Source: Yuukianura sp. NJ FZ-2021 (taxonomy: Eukaryota). From it: a stretch of 64,000 nucleotides of DNA. Positions within the stretch are counted from its first letter, which is position 1. Each line of letters starts with the position of its first letter. Shown piece by piece: positions 45,814-57,216 of the stretch. The notes below the pieces were generated by a model. The model saw nothing but the letters and a program-made list of their open reading frames with translations. It made no database searches and was not told the origin of the DNA. Both the position numbers and the translations under genes were made by a program. Location: assembly GCA_046563655.1 (NCBI GenBank), contig CM102289.1, positions 2,728,001-2,792,000 of the forward strand, read 5' to 3'.

Positions 45814-47748
45814 CTATCGTTTGAATTCGTTGATGAACTCCACCTTGTCATGGTATTTGCATATAGCCTTTGCTGCAACACTTTCTTTGAAGTACTTTGG
45901 CTCCGCACGCTGAAAACAAATTCATCTCAATGTCATTAATTTGGCAAAATTTAAGTCAAGTTTAACTGTTATTCAAAACATTAGTGTTTCGAATTACAGT
46001 TATAATTTATTGAACATCTGAACGTACATGCTCATCGGCTTTCTTAAAAATGAGATGAGGTAGTCGTTGGAGTTTTCCCGTTCCGGATGCATACAAAGCA
46101 CCGAACATGTCGTCAATTCGCAAATCAATCTCCAAGCATCTCAATTCTAAAATTTTAATTTAAAAAAATTTGCATGTAAGGCTGTAAAATTTCTATTTAA
46201 AAAAATGTGTAACTTTTTTGTTTAACTTACTTTTCAGTTCCCAGATTGGACTCTTAGCTGCACACTTTCCTTCCTCAAAATTTTCAATTTGTTGAAGCAC
46301 ATAGTTAAGCGTATCCGTACTAAGTTCGTCTCTAGGACGTTCAAGAGCTAAAACTTCCCACGACTTTCCAGTTAGCCTCAAATATTCCACATTAGGTAAA
46401 CTAAGTATCAAGGCCTGAAAATCTTGAAATTGCTGGGAGAGCGATTGCGGTAGACGTAGTTCTATGTTGCAGTATAAGCGCACTGTAAGTCTTTTGACAT
46501 TGGGAAACAGCAAATGGGCGTTGTTCGAAGTTATGCCTGTGACACAAGTCAAGCGTAGTTGGTGGACGGTGTAAAAAGGATTGGTTGGTAAATCCGGAAT
46601 GTCAGCATAGTGACTATAGTCATGAAAAAATTTGAGTTTGTAGAGAGGCAACGTTTGAATCCATTTCCAGATTGGAGTTTTGAGTGCCAAATCAAGTTCA
46701 GGCGGAAGTGAAATGGCGAGTGCAACAATCCTGGGTTGTGGATCCAAGGCTACAAGTTGACTGAAAACATTCTGGAATTTATTAGTGATGATTCCAAGAC
46801 GCAGTTTAACTTTTGTAGAAGATGAGCGCAGGAGGCGGAGAAAGCTAGGAAGTTTTTCTAATTCGGTTGTCAGCATTGTAAGCTCCATTGGGTTGGTGTA
46901 CGACGTGATAAACAATCCTGGATTTCCAGGTCGATCGTACGCAATTGAGCAGAAGTAAGGATAGTAATGCAGAGATAAGACTTGCAGACGATGAGCATTC
47001 TTGATGACTTTTTCAAACAATGTAAGCTGGTCAGTAGGTTTGAGCCGAGGTTCGTATTTGCTAAGCATGAACTTTAGTTTGAACTTTTTTAGATTTGGAA
47101 AAGTTGCGGAGTTGTTTGATTCGGTGGTGTCTGGAATGACCAACTCGTTGAGTACCAAGAGTGACAGTGATGTCAAATTTGCAGTGTTGAAGAACAGTAG
47201 GCGAATTGCTTGAGCATAATCGACTCCCCACGTAGTGCCTTTTTTCATAATCCAACTTGAAATTTTATAATCCAATATCTTCAGAAAACTAAACTGAATG
47301 CTGAGTTTACAAACTTCTGCACCACAATTTTCCAGAAACTCTTCAATTATTTCTACAGTCGTGTCGTGCTCAAAGTAGAATGTAAATTTCGAGAATGGAA
47401 TTTTTGTTCCTGGAGTTGTGCGCATGAGCCACAAGAAGTATTTGATGTCATTGTCACTTCGGAATATGATCGGTTTGCATTTAGTTCTTAGAGTCAAAAG
47501 TGTAGCTGCGCTGTCTCTCCAAGCACTACAAACCAGGCGACATGTCAATATATCATTAGCAGTCAGTGTAGAGAATATCTCTATCAAAATCTACAAAAAA
47601 AAAACAACAAAAGAAGTTATTAACTTAAATTTAAGAAAGTAATTAACTGCAAATAATAGAATCTCACCTCGGGTGGAAGCCGATTCATTAAATTTTCTTG
47701 CTGTATTGGTTTGTCTAAAGTTTTAGTATTTCCTTCCATGTTGTCCAT
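45814..47748 (-). CDS. F-box / LRR-like protein, tandem paralog B (4 exons)
   Basis: LMNRLPPE|ILIEIFSTLTANDILTCRLVCSAWR; colinear with paralog A including 3' flank (41848 vs 45396) and terminal KYHDKVEFINEFKR*. Confidence 0.85.
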
Positions 47749-48198
47749 TCTTGAGCCTCACACAAACAATGTGCTTTCGACTGTTGCTTGCCAGAAAATA
47801 CGAGCAGAAATTCTAAAACTCAATTTCAAAAAAGAAAATGGTTTGACAAAGGGACAAAAAAAAGAAAGGAAAAAAGCGAGTTATTTTTGAAATCGAAATA
47901 AAAGAAGGTATTCTACTCGGAGTATGGTGGTCAGAAAAAGGATTGGGCTTTGCTCTTTTCCTAATACAAGACACTGCGCTTCTACATAAATTATTTTTCT
48001 AAATTTAAAAACGTGTGAGAAAAGAAAATGAAAAATGTTTACTTCAATTCTACATTTACCCCAAGATCTTACAAGGTAGAGATTTTTTTCAAAGTCGAGA
48101 TCAACTATGAACGTATAAGAAAACGAGTCACATACTGCAGTTTATTTAATGTAAAAATAGATTACTGCTTGATTTCCATTAAATTAGGTTAACCTATC

Positions 48199-49346
48199 CT
48201 AGTTACTCCCTGCGTCATACGCAATTGTTTCCACTGCATGATTCACTTTGAAACCAAGCGCTTTGTGCATTGCATTAGAAGTAGCATTGGATTTGTGTAC
48301 AGCCGAACATGGAACAAAACCCGACTTTCCTGCAGCAATAATTAGACTCTTCATTGCCAATGTTCCCAGTTTCTTGCGTCTGAATTCTGGAAGTGTGGCA
48401 AGCATGTCTACAAATCCATTTGCATCTAAAACAACACCGCTGACGATTTCATCGTCTACAATTACTCCGACAGACGGATTGTTTTTAACAACTTTGCCCA
48501 CATGCATATATGTTCCTTCTTTAGCATATTTCCAATTTTTAGTTAAGAATTCAATTCCTGTGAGAGAATGAATGCCCTTGACCTCTGCACTTTTCAGCTC
48601 CTTTTTTGTCTTGATTTGTTTCAGCAGTTCCTCTGCTTCAATATCCTCTACATCATCAATGTCCATGAAGTAGAAATAGTCTGGGAAAACTTGTGTAATG
48701 TTTTCATTGATTCTGCAACTCAGTTCAAAAAATACTTGGGAAATAGACAGCTCCAGGGCTATGATAAAATAACTTTGCTTCCAGTTTATGACAGATGATG
48801 TCAGAAGTACGTTTTGGAGGGTAGTGGGCGTGATTCGTCTAAACGGATCTTTGGGAGCGGATACCGCTACTTCCTGCCCGTAATCCTGTAAAAAATTATA
48901 GAAAAGTTTGAAACTACGAGAAATCTGCGAAAAACTTGAAATATTCCTGAACATATTTTCAAATTTTATAGTGTTGACCTTTCTGTGATAAACTGCGATG
49001 ATCCAAGAATCCTCGCCAACTTTCGACGGGCTTTTTGTTCGATCAGGATTTTCAGAGTCTTGCTTGCGTGGATCCAAAAAGTAAAAATTCATGTCTTTTT
49101 GGAATTTGGAATGAGAGAGAGCCATGTTGTAAATCTATAAAGACTTTTTCAATTTGTAAATGATTTTGGGCATCGTTTTTTTTTTTTCAATTTTTCAACT
49201 TTGAAAAAGGTAGTAGAAAATCATTTGTTATAAAATCTTACATTTGCAGATTTTGGGAGTCGAGCCATGAGGACGTCCATGACGATAGTTGTGTCCGCGA
49301 CGGTTTGAAATTGCGGCAGATTTTGAACATGAGAAACTTTTGCCAT
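48199..49346 (-). CDS. GNAT acetyltransferase (glycine N-acyltransferase / FR47-like); exons 49346-49242, 49134-48979, 48885-48199
   Basis: Acyl-CoA motif MLATLPEFRRKKLGT and NATSNAMHKALGF; phase-0 GT-AG introns. Confidence 0.8.
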
Positions 49347-50487
49347 TTTGAATATGTGGTTTCAGTTCTGATTATATTTTTTGAATAGCAAAGAAAGAGT
49401 TAACTTTTACTTTACTTACGATAAGTTCCTAGCTACTATTGAGATTGTGAGGTTGATGTTGTAAAATGTGGCAAAATGATGAACATAGGAAATATGTTAG
49501 TAATGTGCGAGATTACTTTGTCCATGATGCAACTGGTTCAAGAAGAACCAGTTTTTGGTAGGAACCAGTTTCCAGACGACAGACGCAATTATCAGCACAC
49601 GAAATAAACATTTTCACAGTTCAATTTTTATGCAACCGAACTTCCTCCTAATGTGGCTTCAAAATTATCAAAGTATACCACAAAATTAAGAAATTTTTCT
49701 GCCATTTGATTTTACTTTTAACCCAAATTTCATGTGGTGAATTTGAACCGCCATTAATAAACTCAATGTTGCAAAAGTAAAAAAAATTAAAAAAAACATC
49801 TTATGACATATTTGAATTAAAGAATCAAAATTTGCTTTCAATGCATTGCTTTTCAATATTTTTTTGATTATTTCTGCGGTTAAAAAATTATATCCACGTT
49901 CTGAAGCATTTTGATTTCGTTTTTTGACTAAATAGGATGGTAGAAGACATTTCCACTTGAGTACAAAAAGCAAAAATTGAATTTACATGTAAAAATTTTT
50001 AAGTTAGATAGGTTCACTTATCTAAAAGAATTAATTAACTAAGATGAAACTAGAACGAACCAAATTCACCTTCAGCTACAAAATCGTTTTAAATGTTATG
50101 ATAATAACACTTGAAAATGAATTGTTTTTAACACTGATGAGACGTTGACCTTTGACCCGGACATGGACATGTCTGACTTTAACAACCGTAGGACAATGAG
50201 AAATGTGACAAAGAATTGAGTGAATGTACTACAATAACGCTATTGAATTAAAAAAAAATATTCCAATTTTTTCAAAATATTTTGATTCTATACAAAACTT
50301 TGAAAAGTTTGAACTCAAATTCAAAAATATACAGGATTTCAATTTCAAAAAGAACGTGACGAACTGATCTCTGTTTATAGAAATTATTTAGTAAAACCTT
50401 TCATGTGTTAAAATAAGCTAACTAATAAAATTCCTCTAAAACCAAAAGCACGAAACTTTAAATTCTCCCGAAGACTCATGACATTTT

Positions 50488-52190
50488 CTAGTTTCTGGAT
50501 TCTAGGTGGAGCCACATTCCGTTTTTTGGTTTCAGAAATCCCTTGGCACTGAATTTCGGCGGGATTTCTGTTTTCTTTCCCGGGGAAATTTTGAAATTCA
50601 AAATCAAGTGCGCCACGGCAGCTTTTCCCTCCATCCAAGCAAATCGATTGGCAATGCATGATCGTGGTCCAAGGCCAAATGGCAAGTATGCGTATGGATG
50701 TCGACTGGCTTTTGCTTCGGCGTTGAATCGCTCGGGGTCAAATTTTTGTGGTTCGGGGTAAATTTCGGGGTCATGATGAATTGCATAAGTTGGAACAATG
50801 ATATGCGTCCCTTTTTGAATAATAAATTTGTCATATGGAACTTGGTAGTCCTTGTTGCACTTTCGTTCTGACCGGACTCCTGTGTGAGCATTTCCCGGGT
50901 ATTTCCTCAAAGTTTCTAAAAACCGAAATTGTAGATTAAGATTTGACTTTGAAGTGAAACAACAGCTTTTTTGCTCATTTTTCAAGTAAAAAAACCAATG
51001 ACCTTTGACCTCACCTGAAATAACCATGTCCAAATATTCAACATTGTTGACTGCATCGTAGTTCAACTCTTCTTTGTTTCGATTGAAAGCCAATCGGAGA
51101 GCAGCGTAAAGTTTTTCTTGAATTTGCGGCGCAACTGCTAATTCGTAACAGGCCCACATCAGCAGCGACTCAGTCGTGTCAAATCCAGCGACAAAGAATA
51201 AATTGCACTGTGCAATTAACATATCATCGTCCAATTTAACCTTGTTAACTTTCTTCAAATCCAATTGAGCATCAACGTCATACTGATTTTGCGTCTCTGT
51301 AACTTCTAGGCCTGTGCCATTCTCTCCTCCCAGAGATTGATCTTGCGCGTCCAGCATCAGTTGCAAAAATCTTTCCGCTTCTCACCAAGTTCCTTGCGAC
51401 GTCGAATGCTATCTCGTACCACCGATTCTAAAAAGTTGAACGCATCTTGATTAACAATAGCCAATTTCCATTTTTTGGCAAGTTTCGGGAACAAAATCAT
51501 GAACATAAATTTGAACATGACGAATTTTCGGAAATTGTCTTGCAATCCATGAGCCTTGACAGCAAAAGCGGAGTTGGCGTCTTTAAAATTTTGAGTGTCA
51601 ACACAAAATGCTGCTGATGCAATGACATCCATTGTGTATCGACCACAAATTCCGCGCAGCTCAACTTCTCCACCGTTGCGTTCAATTTCTTTGTTTAAAA
51701 AGTTGACCATTTTGTTCCCACTTTCGTTGAAAACGCCAAACATTCTTTTGATTTTGCTGGTGGTGAAGGTGGGGCTCATGGTGGCTCTCAAGTCTTTCCA
51801 GTCTTGACCCACCATGTTGAACAACATTTTGTCCAATTTGACATCCGATAATTCAATTCCACGTCGGTTGACGAAATGGTCAAAATCTTTGAGCAGAATG
51901 TTTTTGGCCAAGTCGAGATCCAGTATGTACAGCATAGGATGTCTGAAGAGTGTTGTACCTCCAAATTTCAAGCCGGGTTGTTGTTTTTTTAATGCAGTGT
52001 AAATTGCTAAATCGATAGCTTGAAATGGAATTCGAAACAGAAATCGATCTGGAATGCTAAAAAGCGACGCGGCGCTGACATGGAAAACGCCGCGTCTTGT
52101 CCAGTAGTCTTGGTTACCGTCGACATATTTGTAGACTAACCAAAGTACTATGTACATCAATAGCACTGTTGCTGCTAGCGCGAAAAGCAT
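50488..52190 (-). pseudogene. Cytochrome P450, CYP3 clan (CYP6/9-like), with a single 1-bp frameshift (true pseudogene or homopolymer error)
   Basis: N-terminal TM, ILLKDFDHFVNR, WKDLRATMSPTFT, FFVAGFDTT, ETLR, FDPERF, PFGLGPRSCIA; intron 51014-50916; A5 run at 51365-51369 is one base short of RKDFLQLM. Confidence 0.85.
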
Positions 52191-52424
52191 TTTTGAAATT
52201 TCAGAAAATGTTGTTCTTTTCAAAAACTGATTAAATGAAGTTTTACTGTTTGTCCACTTGTGTTCTAACAACTGTGCAAAGTAAGTCTGTCCAGAAAAAG
52301 TTGAATACTCTCACTCTCTAAGATATATAGCAATTTGCCTCATCCAAAAATCAGTTTAGCTGTTCATGCAAACATGTTTGTTTGCACTTTGGACTTGATA
52401 AAGTTTACTTAATTGATGCGGTCA

Positions 52425-52434
52425 ATGACTCTGC
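52425..52434 (+). promoter_or_regulatory. Possible CncC/Maf (ARE-type) site upstream of the P450
   Basis: ATGACTCTGC fits RTGAYnnnGC, ~100 bp upstream of a TATATA element (52323-52329, minus strand). Short motif that could be chance. Confidence 0.25.
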
Positions 52435-52763
52435 GTGTGTTGTCTTACTCTGGTAGTACTCCAAGGTTCTGTGACAATCATTTAAAGTAGTCAACTTTCC
52501 TTCGAAGTAGGCCTATTTGTAAACTCTAATTTGTAATTTGTATGAAATTTGCAGTTTACCAATTGGCAAATTGATTGATGAGCAAGAATAATTCGAAGCT
52601 AATGTAACACAAATTAGAATTATTAGCAAATTAATAATTAATTTATTTTAATTGGTACAAATGTATGCAATATACAACCATTTTAGTGGAGAGATTTAGG
52701 CTTAAATACTTCGTTTTGTCGCTTTTCGTAGTTTCAAACAGACGTAGTCGGTTGCAAACAAAA

Positions 52764-53785
52764 ATGAAACTTGTATCAACTCTGAGTCGTTTCATTACGT
52801 CGGTAATTTTGGTAGCAGTTTTTGTGGTAATTACAAATGGAACTATTGAAGAATATTTTGACAGCCACGCTTCAATAAGCAATTTGACCCGAGATTTTAT
52901 AAATCCACGATGTACAATGTGTGGCTGCATGGCAGAGTTTGAGTCTGTTCCACTTGACTCCATCACAAAGTTGTTGGCAAAACGGCGTCGCCCTTTATTT
53001 GAGAGCCAACTCCTATATAGTTTCAATTCAATGTTGTCCAAGGGCTCACTCTGGGAACACGGAGAAGATGTTGACCTCGTTCTCTGTGAATCAATATTTC
53101 GGTCAAAGGTCAAAGGGAAGAAAACGCATGATTTAGAATGGACCAGAAACAATCGCATCATGAAAATCAAATGCAAGCAGGATGGGTTCATACAGTACTG
53201 CCGAATTAAATCTTGGACAGGGCGCAAGGTTTGTAAACAAGGAAATAGTTTGACTTCAATAGGTTAGGCAATAACTCGGACTTTTTATATTTTGTTAAAA
53301 AATTAGCAAAACTTGGTTCACATTGCATTGATTTAGATGTAATCAGATGAGATTGGAGGAAAAAATTGTTTGGGGCGAAGTTTTTTGAAAACAGTTAGTG
53401 CCTGACTTGTTACAAAAAAACTATTTTGTTGCTATAGGAACCTTGGACGGGAGGGTTTCAAACCGATGAAAGTCAACAAAATGAAACACTTGTTGACGAG
53501 AGTCCATGGAAAACGGATAATGTCAAAGCTCGCTTTGGATTTGAATACACGGTGCATGTAGTTTGGGCAGATGCCACAACAGAATTAGCTGTATTGTGCA
53601 TGGGGTCAGAAGGTCACGCAACGTGGTCAGTCACTTCAACGAAATTGAGCTTAGAAAGAAAGCAGATGAGAACGATCAAAAAGAAACTGAAAGAACTCGG
53701 GTTTTCTACTAAGAAAATGATGAATCTACGTCAACGTTGTAAAAAATTCAAAAACCAAAAGGTAACACACGGTGCAAGTTTGTAA
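52764..53785 (+). CDS. Secreted divergent lipocalin-like protein, 270 aa (exons 52764-53228, 53438-53785)
   Basis: Signal peptide; phase-0 intron; C-terminal VHVVWAD...VLC...WSVTS...L...IKKKLKELGF...QRC follows the lipocalin strand F-H / helix / terminal Cys layout. Confidence 0.55.
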
Positions 53786-53822
53786 CCAAGTAATTGTGCC
53801 AAAAAATAAACCAATCTATGGT

Positions 53823-54131
53823 GGCCCCAGAGTGCTAATGCTGTTTTTCTCTTTTTCTAATTCAAAAAGCATTTTCGAATGTATTTTCAATTGAATTTCA
53901 TGTTGAAGAGCATTTTCAAATGTGTTTTCAAATTGCTTTTCATTTCAAAAAGCATTTTCAATTGCATTTCACTTCAAAAAGCATTTTCAATTGTATTTCA
54001 ATTTCAATTTCAAAATGAAAATGCACTTGGCACTTCAGGGCTCCTAATTCAAATTCAATTTGAAAATGACAATGCATTTGGCACTTCTGGGCTTCTTATT
54101 CAAAAACTACGCTTTTTGAATAAGGAGCCCA
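53823..54131. repeat. Degenerate MITE-like repeat with (GCATTTTCAATTG)-type subrepeats and inverted ends
   Basis: CCCAGAGTGCTAATGC is inverted relative to GCATTTGGCACTTCTGGG; repeated TTCAAAAAGCATTTTC; hairpin GGGCTTCTTATTCAAAAA..TTTTTGAATAAGGAGCCC (~54089-54130). Confidence 0.55.
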
Positions 54132-54686
54132 GATGACGTGTGTGAATAATTCAAAATTCAGCATTAATGGAACACTACAAAATTCTTTTTGTTTTAATAT
54201 TAAAACAAAGTTAGTTAAATTTTGGAATAATTAAACACCCAATTGTCACTTATCAATGATGTTAAATGATGTATGACGGACCGTCATACATCAATTAACA
54301 TTAACATTAACATTATCGTCGTTGACGGTAAATAGGAATGTATGGTGCATATGAAGATATGTTATGATTACTTATGAAAAATAAAATTTTAATCCAAACA
54401 ATATCAAATAATTATTATGTAACTAGTACTTGTTTTTAGAATGTGAGTAGCCAATGTGGATTCAGCTGACACAACATCCATATTTTGGGAAAATCAAAGG
54501 TCAACCAACACTTGAGACGAACAGTTTTTGAAGTAATCTGATGCTGATAAATCACCAATCCAATCTAATTTAGTCCACGCTTGATCAATTTTCCACAAAA
54601 AGGGGTTACAAAACCTGCAGCGAAAAAGGGAATACTGATTTCTGAAAGTTTCAATTCAAATTTTTTTGCAAATTCAAAATTTTGGA

Positions 54687-55778
54687 ATGCAGCGCCTTTG
54701 CATCTTGCTACTCACAGCAGTTGTGGCAGTGTCCACTTACGAAATTGAAGTTATTTGGTCCAAAGCATTTCGTCTGGCCGAATCTCCACATTGGGACGGC
54801 AACAAGCAGGAACTCTATTTTGTAGACAATAAAGCAAGCAAAGTCCATCGCTACATTCCTTCGTCCAAACAGCTTTACGAAGTCGCTCTTGGTGAGTTCA
54901 TCAAAGTTAAAAATTAATTTACAGCACAAGTAATTAATATTGAATAAATCCTTGTAGAAGGAAGCGTATCTCCGGTTATCCCAGTGGCGGGGTCACCGAA
55001 TGAGTACTTTGTTGGAGTCGACCAAGAATTTACAATTCTTGAGTGGGATGGAATTTCGCCAGAACCGACAAACCTTACGACAATTGAGGTCGTCAATGAA
55101 GGACGAACGACGAACCTCAACGACGGAAAGTGTGACGCCAGTGGCCGAATCCTCATCGGAACGTACGACGCAATTCTAAGCTCCTTGGCGAATTTTTACC
55201 GGTTTGACTCCGACGGTACTCTTACTCTTCTCCAAGATCAAATCACCATTTCCAACGGACTTGCATGGAGTGCTGACAACAAAACATTGTACTACATTGA
55301 CTCTCCCACGCTGCATGTAGATGCGTTTGACTACGACGTTGTCACCGGCTCAATTTCAAATCGTCGCTCCGTTTTCTACTTGCCTGATCACGGCAAAAAC
55401 GAAGGCACGCCGGATGGCATGACGATTGACTCTGACGGCAACCTGTGGGTGGCCGTATTCGGTGGATGGGAAGTAAGTTAATGCGCAGAGGCGGCAAACA
55501 ATTAAGTTTTCTGCGCATGCTTGCTAACTTAACTTAACCTATTTTAGGTTCTGCACATCAATCCTCTGACAGGAGAGTTGCTGAGTGTGATTGACTTTCA
55601 TGATTATGCTTCCCAAATCACTTCGGTTGCATTCGGAGGACCGAGCTTGGACGTTTTGTATGTCACGAGTGGTGATTTGCTTGTCAACGATCCATTTTCT
55701 GGAAGTCTGTTTGCTGTCAAGGATTTGGGAGTGACAGGAGCTGGCCCAGGCGTTCCTTTCATCAAAAATTTTGGTTAA
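54687..55778 (+). CDS. Regucalcin/SMP-30 (gluconolactonase) family protein with signal peptide (exons 54687-54891, 54958-55472, 55548-55778)
   Basis: LAESPHWD, LNDGKCD..GR, ISNGLAWS, LYYIDS, PDGMTIDSDGNLWVA, TSVAFGGPSLDVLYVTS. Confidence 0.92.
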
Positions 55779-57216
55779 AAAGGTTTATTTAGGTAAGTGG
55801 GAGGTTTAGTTTTCTCCAAAACGTGTTTTGTTCAAATAGCTTTGGAAATTGTTAACTACACTTTGGCAGCCATCTTGGTTTAAATTTGCAATGTGATATT
55901 TAGACTTACGCCGAGAATAAAATTTTATCAAAACTTCTTTCATCATTAGCAGTCAAAAACAATGACCAACTAAATTTTTAAGGGAAGTTTCGCTGTTCAG
56001 GAAATTGACGTTCTCGCACTCACTCGTACGATTAAAAAATCCAATCATTTAGAATGGTAGAGATTCATCAAATTTTGAAAACTGAAAATGAGTAAGCGAG
56101 GCTTACTTCATGACAATGCAATTTTTCATTCCGCCATTTTCTTGTTTTAGTTATCGAATGTTTATCGCCTGCTTAAAATAACTGTGGCTCGAAAATAATT
56201 ACATTTGAAATTTTTTGTTGTTTAAACCTCCCTGTTGACGCGAATTATATTCTTTTGCTATAAATCATCATTTCTACGTCTATTTTCAAAAACATTTTGA
56301 ATTTCAATTTAGAATTTTTTTTAACGGTACAATGAACTCGAAAGTCTTTTTCTCAATTCTCAACTGCACGTCGGTAGTATTTTTTCACCATTTCATTTCA
56401 ACCAGAAGAAGCTTTGTCTAGAATATCAACGCCCAATTTCCCGTCGAAGGCAAAATTTTGAAAAATTTTTGAATTGTCTAATTAAAACTCGGTTTTTGTT
56501 TCTCCTTTTTGCAAATTTTCAAAACTCTACGGGCATGTTGACGGGCATGTACGAACTATGCAGAAGGCGAGAGGCTGGTAAAAACAACCATCAACATTTC
56601 ACTCCTTGTTCTTGCCAAATTATTATTTTTGAGAAACAATGACGATCTGGCAAATTTTGTCACGCAGTTACTTCGTACCAAAAAAAAATTCAGAGTAAAA
56701 GTGAGTCATATTCTAAATTTCAAAGTATAAGATTTCATAATTTTGTTATTTTGAATTTTGTAAACAGTCGTCCCCGGATGCAATTTTATCGAAATTTGGA
56801 AGTTCCTGAAGCAATTCCTCATGCTGTTTGTTGTAGCTATTGTAGTCGCTCACTTCATCAGTATTGCTGCAATCTTTCATTTCATTTCATTTATTCTCCT
56901 GTTTCTGGCAGGCTTTTCAGAATAAGTACTAAAGATAGTTTTAATGGTATGTAATTAATATTAGCAAATAGGTTTAGTGTAAATGTAGCAGTTGTGATTT
57001 AAAGAACGTTATGTTAATAGTTACTAGGATTATAGTTGAGAAGTGACTTTTCTAAGAATTAATTTTTTAAAAATGCTCCAATCGTTACTTTAAAATTAAA
57101 AAATTTAAGATTTATGATTTAGGGTGGCTTAATTATAATTATAATTATTATTAGTATTATTATTTTTAAATCTTTCATTTATAAAATAGCTATATTGCAA
57201 TAAGTATGTTCAATTG

